DNA from: Xylanibacter ruminicola 23
Lineage (GTDB): Bacteria > Bacteroidota > Bacteroidia > Bacteroidales > Bacteroidaceae
DNA length: 32,000 nucleotides
Reading direction: 5' to 3'
NCBI RefSeq assembly: GCF_000025925.1
Contig: NC_014033.1
Span: forward strand, 1,170,001 to 1,202,000
Shown piece by piece: positions 6,444 through 14,649 of the stretch. The notes beneath the pieces were generated by a model. That model saw only the letters and a list, made by a program, of their open reading frames with translations, made no database searches and was not told where the DNA came from. The position numbers and the translations under genes are program-made. How positions within the stretch are numbered: position 1 is the stretch's first letter; every line of letters begins with the position of its first letter.

Positions 6444-7001
6444 ATGGCATTGAAAGTTAAAGCACAGGAAAAGTTGCAGAAGATTGGCAAGTATGAGGGC
6501 ACTTATCGCTACATCATGATGCCGGAGTTGTACACCTCACTCTCTCAGGAAAAGGTGATTAAGGAGGCTGCCCTGCGCAGCGGAGTTAGCAAAGGCATTA
6601 TGCAGGCCTGCTGGGATGCTGCTGGCGAGGTGATTAAGGCTTGGGCCACAGAGGGTCACTCGGTTGCGCTGCCAGGTTTGGGAACCATGCGATTCGGTAT
6701 CCGCGCCAAGAGTGTGGCCAAGGTTGATGAGGTGAAAGCGGGACTGGTAACCAGTCGTCGAATCATCTTCACCCCAGCGGTGGATCTGAAGGAGGAGCTG
6801 GCAGGCACAGCCATCCAGATTACCTGCTACGACCGCGATGGTAAGGAGATTAAGCGTGTGACCAGTACCGACCCAGGTACGGTTGAGGATCCCGACGAGC
6901 CAAGCAATGGCGGTGGCAATACCGGTGGAAACACTGGTGGTAATACCGGTGGCGGCAATACCGGTGGCGGCGGAAATCATAACGAGCCGATTGGAGACTA
7001 A
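6444..7001 (+). CDS. Bacteroidales HU-family (HU_HIG-like) DNA-binding protein with a Gly/Asn/Thr-repeat tail
   Basis: The core GHSVALPGLGTMRFGIRAKSV...RRIIFTPAVDLKEEL resembles the HU/IHF beta-arm. The C-terminus GGGNTGGNTGGNTGGGNTGGGGN is encoded by 12-bp repeats at about 6908-6975. Confidence 0.8.
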   Translation: MALKVKAQEKLQKIGKYEGTYRYIMMPELYTSLSQEKVIKEAALRSGVSKGIMQACWDAAGEVIKAWATEGHSVALPGLGTMRFGIRAKSVAKVDEVKAGLVTSRRIIFTPAVDLKEELAGTAIQITCYDRDGKEIKRVTSTDPGTVEDPDEPSNGGGNTGGNTGGNTGGGNTGGGGNHNEPIGD

Positions 7002-7030
7002 GGGCTTGGGGCTTAGGCCCCACCCTTCCT

Positions 7031-7064
7031 ATTAAACATTAAACATTAAACATGAAACATTAAG
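7031..7064. repeat. Tandem heptamer repeat (AAACATT)x4
   Basis: The sequence is attaaacattaaacattaaacatgaaacattaag, directly after the GGGGC-TTAG-GCCCC hairpin that follows the HU gene. Confidence 0.85.
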
Positions 7065-7069
7065 AGATT

Positions 7070-7174
7070 ATGAGTAAGAAAGAGACATTAAAGTTCATCG
7101 TGCAGATGATTGCATCGATCGCTACGGCGATAGTAACGGCACTGGGCACCACGAGCTGCGTTGCAACAATGTAA
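7070..7174 (+). CDS. 34-aa small membrane peptide (resembles what I recall as the 'smalltalk' family, which is encoded next to Bacteroidales HU genes)
   Basis: MSKKETLKFIVQMIASIATAIVTALGTTSCVATM has a charged N-terminus, one hydrophobic helix and a C-terminal S-C motif. It sits between the HU gene and a strong terminator and is below the ORF-track cutoff. Confidence 0.5.
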   Translation: MSKKETLKFIVQMIASIATAIVTALGTTSCVATM

Positions 7175-7202
7175 AAATGCAACAATGTAAGAATGTAAAA
7201 AA

Positions 7203-7236
7203 CCTCAGGTTTCTTTGCGAAGCCTGAGGGTTTTTG
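7203..7236. terminator. Bidirectional intrinsic terminator (small peptide gene and C11 peptidase gene)
   Basis: CCTCAGG-(13 nt)-CCTGAGG is flanked by an A-run upstream and a T-run downstream. Confidence 0.7.
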
Positions 7237-7258
7237 TATTCCTGATAAGGTAAATGCA

Positions 7259-8809
7259 TTATTCGATAGCAAAATGCATCTCTACGGGACTGTTATTGCA
7301 TGGCAGCTGTTTGTTGAGTTTGATCCAGCGGCTCCAGCCGGTAGCCTTGTCGAATGACAACTGCTCGTAGGTATCTGCCAATGTGGATGGCCAGGTGGTT
7401 ACTTCTGGCTCTGCTACGCCACTCTTGTAAGTTTCAAGTTTGCCGTCGGCATGGTAAATTTTGTGTCCTTTCAGAATCTCAGGTTTTTCCCTATCATAGT
7501 CGTAAAAATAGTAGTTACCCTCTACGCCTAACATGATGCTGCAATCTACCGACAGACCTTTGTTCATCAGGAAATCGCTGCAATACTGACTTACCAGACA
7601 GTTGTTGAAAGCTGTTCCTATCTCGAGAGCGAAATGATCATCGTAAACGTCGGGCAGTGCATCTACTATGCTCTTGGCGTAATCTACCAGATCGTAGCCC
7701 GGACGCTCGTTGTTAACCTTGAAGGCGTATTTGGTGATGGTATCAATCTTTGCCTTATGGCTTTCGTCGGCGTAAGCGGCCACGAGTTTATCGGTAAACT
7801 CCTTGAACTTTGCACCAAAGGCATCGAGGGCGCTGGTGCGGGTAACGGTCATGTCGTGATAGTCCCACTTGGAATCTGTACTTCCCTGTGCAGCTTGTTG
7901 GGCAGCATCCTTGTCCCACTTATCGACGCTGGCTTTGTTGAAGTTCTTCAGGGCTGTTTCTATGTCGCCAGTGTTCTTTGCCAGCTCGTCGATTAGTACC
8001 GAATAGCTGCCGCCAGCTCCAGGCACTGTGAATGATGACAGGATAAAGTAGTTGGCAAGTTCCTTGAGTTCGAACTGATACTCGATGGTATTCATGAGGC
8101 AGGCATCGAGATAAATCACGTCCATGTGAGCATTAGCACGACCGATGGCATACTTTAATGACGATGCGGTGAAGTGTTCGTTAGGGGTGTGGCTTTGGTC
8201 GTAAAGCACGCCTCTGGTTTGTGACGGCGCATTAAATGGCAGGTCGTCGTGTGGCTGATAGCCGCCACCATGGTCGCTCACAATCAGGATGTAGTGCTTG
8301 GCAGGACAGGCTTTGGTGGCCCAGTTGATGAAGTTGGTGAGCGAATCGACATTGGCCACGTAGTTGTCCTTGGGGCCATAAATATACTCCTTGTTCAACA
8401 GAACATTTTCATCGGGGGCATTTACGGTATTGTCGACGACGAAACGTACGGTCTGCAGTTCCATATCCTTAATAGCCTTTACGGTCTCGTCGGGCAGTTT
8501 TTCGTTAAGCATGTCGAACCAATACTTCTGCATATCTTCGGCCGACGAGTACTTGTACTGGCAGGCTATCTTTACCTTACCGTAGCTTTCGGACTTGGCT
8601 TTGTAGAAATCCATCATGTTGCCTAAGATACCAATGTCGAGATTGCGACCTCCATAACCATATAACAGGATGGCATACTCGGTTTGCCCTGATGGACGGT
8701 CGGAACCAGCAGAATTATCATCATTTACACAAGCGGTCATCACCGTCATAGTCATTACGCAGCAAAGAACGGCTGCAAGGGTTAATAGGTACTTTTTAGT
8801 CATAATCAT
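7259..8809 (-). CDS. Clostripain-family (MEROPS C11) cysteine peptidase, lipoprotein
   Basis: The lipoprotein signal is LLTLAAVLCCVMTMTVMTAC. The catalytic His context is ILIVSDHGGGY and the catalytic Cys context is VIYLDACLMNTIE, as in C11 peptidases. Confidence 0.8.
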   Translation of the reverse strand: MIMTKKYLLTLAAVLCCVMTMTVMTACVNDDNSAGSDRPSGQTEYAILLYGYGGRNLDIGILGNMMDFYKAKSESYGKVKIACQYKYSSAEDMQKYWFDMLNEKLPDETVKAIKDMELQTVRFVVDNTVNAPDENVLLNKEYIYGPKDNYVANVDSLTNFINWATKACPAKHYILIVSDHGGGYQPHDDLPFNAPSQTRGVLYDQSHTPNEHFTASSLKYAIGRANAHMDVIYLDACLMNTIEYQFELKELANYFILSSFTVPGAGGSYSVLIDELAKNTGDIETALKNFNKASVDKWDKDAAQQAAQGSTDSKWDYHDMTVTRTSALDAFGAKFKEFTDKLVAAYADESHKAKIDTITKYAFKVNNERPGYDLVDYAKSIVDALPDVYDDHFALEIGTAFNNCLVSQYCSDFLMNKGLSVDCSIMLGVEGNYYFYDYDREKPEILKGHKIYHADGKLETYKSGVAEPEVTTWPSTLADTYEQLSFDKATGWSRWIKLNKQLPCNNSPVEMHFAIE

Positions 8810-8825
8810 AAAAGGTTAGTTAAAC

Positions 8826-11495
8826 TTATTTTTCTTCGTTTGAAATCAAGTGTACATCGCACTGAGGGAAGGCGATGGTGATGCCCGCGGCGTTGAGGGC
8901 CTCGTAGATCACCTCCTTGGCACGATCACGATAACCAATCTGCTCGGCCACCAACACATACTGTTTCACATTGATGTCAACAGCACTGTCGCTCATATTT
9001 CCCACAACCACATAAACACCGTACTTGGGATCCACAATATCCCGTCCGTATTTATCTTTGGTACACATCTTCTGCATCGCCTCAACCAACACCTCACGCA
9101 CATGCTGCACCGAGGTTCCGTAAGCCACACCCACGGTGATAATCGTCAACTCATACGAGTTGTTACGCGTCAGGTTGTTGAAGTTCTTACCAAACAGCGA
9201 CGAGTTGAGGAACGACATCTCCGTGCCCTCGATAGTCTCGGCCTGCACACACTGGTAATTGATGGCCGTTACCTTACCACGGATACCATCGCACTCTATC
9301 CAGTCGCCTACACGCAGTCGTCCACCCATCAGCTGTATGCCGTAAATAAAGTTGTTGATCACATCCTTGAGCGCCAGACCGACACCAGCCGACAGACCTC
9401 CCGCTATCAGTCCTAACGACCCCGTAGGAATCTGCCATTCCGTGATAACCACCAAAGCAAACACCATCCAGATAAACACACTGATGATACTGTTGCCCAA
9501 CGACAGGTTGATTTCGTTCGGACGGATGGAATCACGGTTATGCTTGCGCATAAAAGTAACGTAACGGGCATACTGCCAGATGGCGTGTACGGCCCTGCTG
9601 ATGTAACGCAAGACGTAGAAGAGTATCAGCAGATAGATGATACTCTGGGCCGATATGCTCAATGTCTCCACATCGTTCATGTCGGTGAGATGGATAAACG
9701 GTCGTTCGTAGAAGCGTACAAACAGATCGTCGAAGTCGAAGATGCCTAACGACAGGCGCACACACAACGGCAACGAGAGCAGCACAATGCAGGGGATGGC
9801 CACCTGACGGATCAGGTCGTAGAACCACGTAGCACCAAACAACAGCTGTTCGCGGTCGTCGCCCGATACGTAGGTGATACGATTGCGCAGACTGTCAACC
9901 CGCTTGTCGATCCAGCGTTCCTTGTAGCGGCTCATCAGGTCGCGTATGCACACCACGGTGAGCCAGGCTGCCAACAGGAAATACCACCACACCAGGATGA
10001 GCAATGCCACAAAGGTATAGCCCATAAACGCGAACCCAAAGGACACCAGATAAACGGCCAATGCCCACCAGCCCAAGGTGCGGTCGATTGATGTGGCCTT
10101 ACTGCCCAACCAGATACAGCAGCACAACTGCCAGATAACAATTAGCAGCAGGATGGGTGGAAACAGCAGCACCATCAGCTTGTCGGGCATAAAGGTGATA
10201 CGGCACGAGATAATCATCAGCACCACCAGGAAGGTGGCCGAATAGAGCATGATGCCCTGTCGGAACTGCTCGGGCCTTACGCGCAGCAACAACGAGCCCG
10301 TGATGGCAATCAGCAGCCACAGGAAGGTGTTGATATGCGCCACACCCAGATTGATATATTCGTCGCCATACAGCGAGAATCCGAACACCACGAAGTAAAT
10401 AAAGGTGCCTAGCAGTATCGAGATGATAGACAGCTTGCGCTTCGGCACATAGCGCTTCAGCCTTGTATAACGGTAGAGCAGCCATAGTACGAGCAGGGCC
10501 AACGCCCAGAACAATACCAGTCCCACCAGCTGTACGATACATACGACGACCAGCATGGTATTCTCGGCCTTACTCGAAAAGTGTTGTAAGAACGCGATAT
10601 CATCCTCGTCGTCGTTATCCAAATCGCTTTCATCCATCCCGTCGCTCAGTTCCTTCAGGCTGTACTGTCCCCGCAAGTCAACTTTGGTTTTATTCCAATA
10701 ATAACCAGGGTTGGCCATAATGTCCAAAAACGGCGTCTGTCCGTCCACAAAGATATAGCGTTCCAGTGCCTGATAGCGCTGCTCGGCATAGTCGTAGGTC
10801 TCCTTCAGTCGCAGGTATGCCTCCTGATAGTGCGTACTGTCGGCCACTATGGTAGCACGGTTACTGGCGTTCATCTTCAGTATCTCTGACACGAAGAAGA
10901 TACACGAGTCGCGATATGCCTCGCCTATCGAATCCAGCACAAAGGGGGCAGATAGCGAATCCTTGAAGGCTATCCTGATAACCTCTTTTTCCAGCAATGA
11001 GAGCGAGTCGGAAAGATGCACATCGAGCGAGTCGTTACGGTACAACAAGCTGTCGGGCAGTATCTCCATCTCTATCTCCTTCATCATCGGCGGCAGTCGT
11101 CGCAGGGCCTCAATCAGTCGGGCATTGCGGTCAATCTCGTAGTTCAAACCGTTCACAATCCGGTCGTACGGGCGTCGGTCTTTACTGAAGTCCTTGTAGT
11201 TGGCCGTCACCTTCTTCAGCGCGTAGGCCAGATCGAACGTCATCTCCTGTTCCTGGGTGTAGAGCAGGATCGAGAGCTCGTTCGACTCGGTAATCACGTT
11301 GATCATCCGCTTATGCTGACGATCAAAATCCTCGTTAAAGCGCTTCTGCGCATCCGAGCGCTGCATAAAGGTTGCCTGCAACTCCGTACAAAGGTCTTTC
11401 AGCGTGTTGGTCAACGACCTTCCGCTCACAACAGCCATCAGCGGCAGCGAGCACACGCACAGAGCTAGAATGATTGTGAACAGTTGTTTTTTCAT
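8826..11495 (-). CDS. Large mechanosensitive channel, MscS/MscK family
   Basis: It has a signal peptide, a long N-terminal extracytoplasmic coiled region and about 10 TM helices. The MscS core is GLALKDVINNFIYGIQLMGGRLRVGDWIECDGIRGKVTAINYQCVQAE. Confidence 0.9.
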   Translation of the reverse strand: MKKQLFTIILALCVCSLPLMAVVSGRSLTNTLKDLCTELQATFMQRSDAQKRFNEDFDRQHKRMINVITESNELSILLYTQEQEMTFDLAYALKKVTANYKDFSKDRRPYDRIVNGLNYEIDRNARLIEALRRLPPMMKEIEMEILPDSLLYRNDSLDVHLSDSLSLLEKEVIRIAFKDSLSAPFVLDSIGEAYRDSCIFFVSEILKMNASNRATIVADSTHYQEAYLRLKETYDYAEQRYQALERYIFVDGQTPFLDIMANPGYYWNKTKVDLRGQYSLKELSDGMDESDLDNDDEDDIAFLQHFSSKAENTMLVVVCIVQLVGLVLFWALALLVLWLLYRYTRLKRYVPKRKLSIISILLGTFIYFVVFGFSLYGDEYINLGVAHINTFLWLLIAITGSLLLRVRPEQFRQGIMLYSATFLVVLMIISCRITFMPDKLMVLLFPPILLLIVIWQLCCCIWLGSKATSIDRTLGWWALAVYLVSFGFAFMGYTFVALLILVWWYFLLAAWLTVVCIRDLMSRYKERWIDKRVDSLRNRITYVSGDDREQLLFGATWFYDLIRQVAIPCIVLLSLPLCVRLSLGIFDFDDLFVRFYERPFIHLTDMNDVETLSISAQSIIYLLILFYVLRYISRAVHAIWQYARYVTFMRKHNRDSIRPNEINLSLGNSIISVFIWMVFALVVITEWQIPTGSLGLIAGGLSAGVGLALKDVINNFIYGIQLMGGRLRVGDWIECDGIRGKVTAINYQCVQAETIEGTEMSFLNSSLFGKNFNNLTRNNSYELTIITVGVAYGTSVQHVREVLVEAMQKMCTKDKYGRDIVDPKYGVYVVVGNMSDSAVDINVKQYVLVAEQIGYRDRAKEVIYEALNAAGITIAFPQCDVHLISNEEK

Positions 11496-11546
11496 TGTCA
11501 GAGATATTATTCTAATTTACCGCCTCCAGTTATTAGTATCACGCCG

Positions 11547-11554
11547 CAAATATA
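11547..11554 (-). promoter_or_regulatory. -7 box TAtaTTTG for the MscS-family gene
   Basis: Plus-strand caaatata lies about 50 nt upstream of the ATG at 11495. Confidence 0.5.
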
Positions 11555-11624
11555 AAGAATTAATTCTAAAGTTCCAAGTTTTTGTGGATAAAAATATTGC
11601 TGCCAGGAGCTGATGCCTGACATC

Positions 11625-11653
11625 AAATAAAACATCACCGCTTAAGGGCGGTG
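11625..11653 (-). terminator. Intrinsic terminator overlapping the stop codon of the HExxH gene
   Basis: The minus strand reads CACCGCCCUUAAGCGGUG (the stem includes the TGA), followed by AUGUUUUAUUUG. Confidence 0.55.
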
Positions 11654-12636
11654 ATGATATTCTGGATGAGTTGGGGTGAGTTATAGGGGGTGGCAGAGTT
11701 GATGCCTCGGACGACTGCATACGAGAAGTTATCGGCCATGCACTCCTCGGGAGAGATGACATATTCGGTGTTGTGGCCTACAACAGTCCAGAAGTCGCTG
11801 GCTTCGGTGACATCGTAAACCTTGCTCATATCGTCGAGTGGCACAAGGCCTGGCTTTACAAATTGGAAGAATACAATCTGGTTGCCCTTTTCGGCGCTGG
11901 CTTCGGCCCATGATTTATCGTAAAGCAGTATGAGCTCGCAGCGGCGCTTGGTGCCGTTGATAGTAAAATAGGCATAGTTGTCGAGGTGCTCAACATCGGG
12001 GTTGATACCCATGCGCTGTGTGATGGCATCGGGGAACGTGATGTCGTGATCCATGACCGTAAAGCCTATCAGGGCATACATCTTCTGACGGAATGCTGGT
12101 GAGTTGCGTGTTACGCAGTGGAACAACTCGTGGGCCACCAACTCGGTAAAACGCATCAATGCAATCTTATTTTTTTCGGCTGTTCTTTCGGCATTAGGCA
12201 GGCACATGCCCAAATACGTCTCGTTCAGGAATATGATGTTCTTGATGGTATATCCTGCCGAACCGCCTTCTTCGGCCTGGGTGGTTTTGGCGAATACGAT
12301 TTCGGAGGGTACGGGCAGTTGGCAGCCGATGCTGTTCAGGCTGTCGGTAATCATACCTACGATGGTAGCCATAAATTCACGTTCGGCATCGGTCCAGTCG
12401 CGTGTCTGCTGCCAGGCCATCGTCTGCAGTTCGGCGAGTGTACTACCCTCTTTTCTTACTCGCCAGTCGATATCCATCTGATTCATCTTGGCGTAGTATT
12501 CGGTGTTGCTCTGCATCAGTTTACGTGTCTCGTCGGCCGAGGCTAAGCGGTAGTTAATGTTGGTACCCTCAGCAAACACATGGGTGCTGTAGATACTAAG
12601 GATGGCGACTAACGCCGATTTAAAAATCTTATTCAT
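11635..12636 (-). CDS. Secreted hypothetical protein with an HExxH zinc-metallopeptidase motif
   Basis: The signal peptide is MNKIFKSALVAILSIYSTHVFA. It has a single VAHELFHC motif. I did not recognise the family. Confidence 0.6.
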   Translation of the reverse strand: MNKIFKSALVAILSIYSTHVFAEGTNINYRLASADETRKLMQSNTEYYAKMNQMDIDWRVRKEGSTLAELQTMAWQQTRDWTDAEREFMATIVGMITDSLNSIGCQLPVPSEIVFAKTTQAEEGGSAGYTIKNIIFLNETYLGMCLPNAERTAEKNKIALMRFTELVAHELFHCVTRNSPAFRQKMYALIGFTVMDHDITFPDAITQRMGINPDVEHLDNYAYFTINGTKRRCELILLYDKSWAEASAEKGNQIVFFQFVKPGLVPLDDMSKVYDVTEASDFWTVVGHNTEYVISPEECMADNFSYAVVRGINSATPYNSPQLIQNIITALKR

Positions 12637-12667
12637 ATTTATTATGGTTATAAAATTAATTTGCGTG

Positions 12668-12675
12668 CAAAAATA
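12668..12675 (-). promoter_or_regulatory. -7 box TAttTTTG for the HExxH gene
   Basis: Plus-strand caaaaata lies about 30 nt upstream of the ATG at 12636. Confidence 0.5.
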
Positions 12676-12717
12676 GTAAAAAAAGTTGGAATGATGTCAT
12701 GTTATTACGATTTTTTG

Positions 12718-12725
12718 TATCTTTG
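12718..12725 (+). promoter_or_regulatory. -7 box TAtcTTTG for the TlpA-like gene
   Basis: tatctttg lies about 40 nt upstream of the ATG at 12767. Confidence 0.5.
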
Positions 12726-12766
12726 CAGGCAAAAATTAGATTAGTAGTATTAACAAGACATAAGTT

Positions 12767-13762
12767 ATGAAAAAGGTATTATTTGCAGCGGCTATCATGA
12801 TGGCTGCAGGGGCTAAGGCCCAACAGGTTAACTACACCATCAGTGGTGTGAGTAAGGATAATGGCGCCAAGGTGGTAGTGATTGACGCTCAGGCGCGTAA
12901 GATGGAGAACGCTACGGTTGAGAACGGCAAGTTCAGCATTAGCGGTTCGGCCGAGAAGAATGCGTTGCTGATAATCAGAAACAGCAGCGTTAGCTGGATG
13001 ATGCCCATTATCAACGATGGTACACCTATCACTGTGAACCTGAACGACACTACCGTAACTGGATCGGCCCAGAACGAGCGACTGGTGCGCTACGATATCG
13101 ACATGAATGCGGCCTACGGCAAACTGGGTGTAAAGGCTGGCCTGGAGAAGATTTATACCGACGAGGTGAACACCATGATTCCTGTGGCTTTTGTGGAGCA
13201 GTATCTGGAGGAATTCGGACTGGAGAAGCTGCAGAAGACGATGGCTACCAAGCCTGTTTGGGCTAATCACCCCGCCGTGCAGAGTGCTATCAAGGAGTAT
13301 GAGTTTGAGCAGGCCGACAGAGCCAAGAAGGCTGCCTACATTGGTAAGCAGTTTACCGACCTGGAGGAGCCCGATACCGACGGCAACATGCACAAACTGA
13401 GCGAGTACGTAGGCAAAGGCAAATGGGTGCTGGTAGATTTCTGGGCTTCGTGGTGCGCTCCTTGTCGCGCTGAGATGCCTAACGTGGTAAAGGCTTACGA
13501 GAAGTATCACGATAAGGGATTTGACATCGTAGGACTCTCGTTCGACAACAGAAAGGAGCCTTGGGTAAAGGCTATCACCGACCTGAAGATGCCTTGGACA
13601 CATCTGTCGGACCTGAAGGGCTGGAAGACTGTGGCTTCGGGACTGTACGAGGTGAACAGCATTCCTGATAACCTGCTGATCGACCCACAGGGTAAGATTG
13701 TGGCTCGCGGCTTGCGTGCACAGGGACTGCAGGACAAACTGAAGGAGATTTTTGGCGAATAA
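12767..13762 (+). CDS. TlpA/ResA-like thiol-disulfide oxidoreductase (thioredoxin fold, AhpC/TSA family) with an N-terminal DUF4369-like domain
   Basis: It has a signal peptide and the active site FWASWCAPC. GLSFD and SIPDNLLIDPQGKIV are typical of the TlpA family. Confidence 0.9.
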   Translation: MKKVLFAAAIMMAAGAKAQQVNYTISGVSKDNGAKVVVIDAQARKMENATVENGKFSISGSAEKNALLIIRNSSVSWMMPIINDGTPITVNLNDTTVTGSAQNERLVRYDIDMNAAYGKLGVKAGLEKIYTDEVNTMIPVAFVEQYLEEFGLEKLQKTMATKPVWANHPAVQSAIKEYEFEQADRAKKAAYIGKQFTDLEEPDTDGNMHKLSEYVGKGKWVLVDFWASWCAPCRAEMPNVVKAYEKYHDKGFDIVGLSFDNRKEPWVKAITDLKMPWTHLSDLKGWKTVASGLYEVNSIPDNLLIDPQGKIVARGLRAQGLQDKLKEIFGE

Positions 13763-13773
13763 AAACCAACGGC

Positions 13774-14520
13774 ATGCTACATCTGCAGAAAGAACACGAC
13801 ATCATTGCCTTCTCGACTGAGCGAGGCTTTGTGGATATGGACGAACCTTACCAGGGGTTTAACATTACCTGGTATACCGACGACGATGCGCAGCACGTAG
13901 CCGATTGCCGACGCGACATGTGCCAGATGCTGGAGATAGACGACCAGCATCTGGTGCTGCCACGCCAGGTACACGACACGAAGGTGGCTGAGGTAACAGC
14001 CCAGAACCTGGGCGACCGCTTTGAGGGTGTCGACGCCCTGATTACTACCCTGCCCCGTACCTGCATAGGCGTATCAACAGCCGACTGTGTGCCTATACTT
14101 TTGTATGATGCACGCACGCGCGCGATAGCAGCTGCCCACGCGGGATGGCGAGGCACTGTGGCACGTATCGGCCGCAAAACCATCGAGGCCATGCAGCAGC
14201 GATACGGCACCAAACCTGAAGACCTGAAGATAGTGATAGGCCCCAGCATCGGTCCTGATGCCTTTGAGGTGGGCGACGAGGTGTACGACGCCTTTGCGCA
14301 GGCGGATTTCGACATGAACCGCATAGCCTTTAAGCGTAACGGCAAGTGGCACATCGACCTTTGGCAGGCCAACGCGCTGGATATGCAGCTGACGGGCGTA
14401 GATGAAAAACACATTGAAACAGCCGCCGTTTGTACCTACGAGCACTACGACCAATTTTTCTCGGCCAGGCGCCTGGGTATAAAAAGTGGAAGAATTTATA
14501 CGGGAATTATGATAAAATGA
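13774..14520 (+). CDS. pgeF: Peptidoglycan editing factor PgeF / YfiH (laccase-domain, DUF152) protein
   Basis: QVHDTKV, DALITTLPRTCIGVSTADCVPILLYD and AAAHAGWRGT are signature YfiH motifs. Confidence 0.9.
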   Translation: MLHLQKEHDIIAFSTERGFVDMDEPYQGFNITWYTDDDAQHVADCRRDMCQMLEIDDQHLVLPRQVHDTKVAEVTAQNLGDRFEGVDALITTLPRTCIGVSTADCVPILLYDARTRAIAAAHAGWRGTVARIGRKTIEAMQQRYGTKPEDLKIVIGPSIGPDAFEVGDEVYDAFAQADFDMNRIAFKRNGKWHIDLWQANALDMQLTGVDEKHIETAAVCTYEHYDQFFSARRLGIKSGRIYTGIMIK

Positions 14521-14573
14521 AAGTAAATGGCTAAAAATTCTTTCAGAAATTTGGCCATTTGCTTAAAAACACT

Positions 14574-14581
14574 TACCTTTG
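14574..14581 (+). promoter_or_regulatory. -7 box TAccTTTG of the thr operon
   Basis: tacctttg lies about 70 nt upstream of the thrA ATG. Confidence 0.55.
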
Positions 14582-14649
14582 CAGCGCCAGTGGATGAAGC
14601 CCTGCTTGTTTAAGGGTACCGCTAAAGGCAAGATAAATTGCATAGGAAT

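Noticed and set aside
6908-6975. 12-bp periodic repeat (ggtggcaataccggt-type), checked as a possible CRISPR-like or satellite array
   Set aside because: It is in frame inside the HU-like gene and encodes the GGNT low-complexity tail. It has no spacers and no repeat-spacer architecture.
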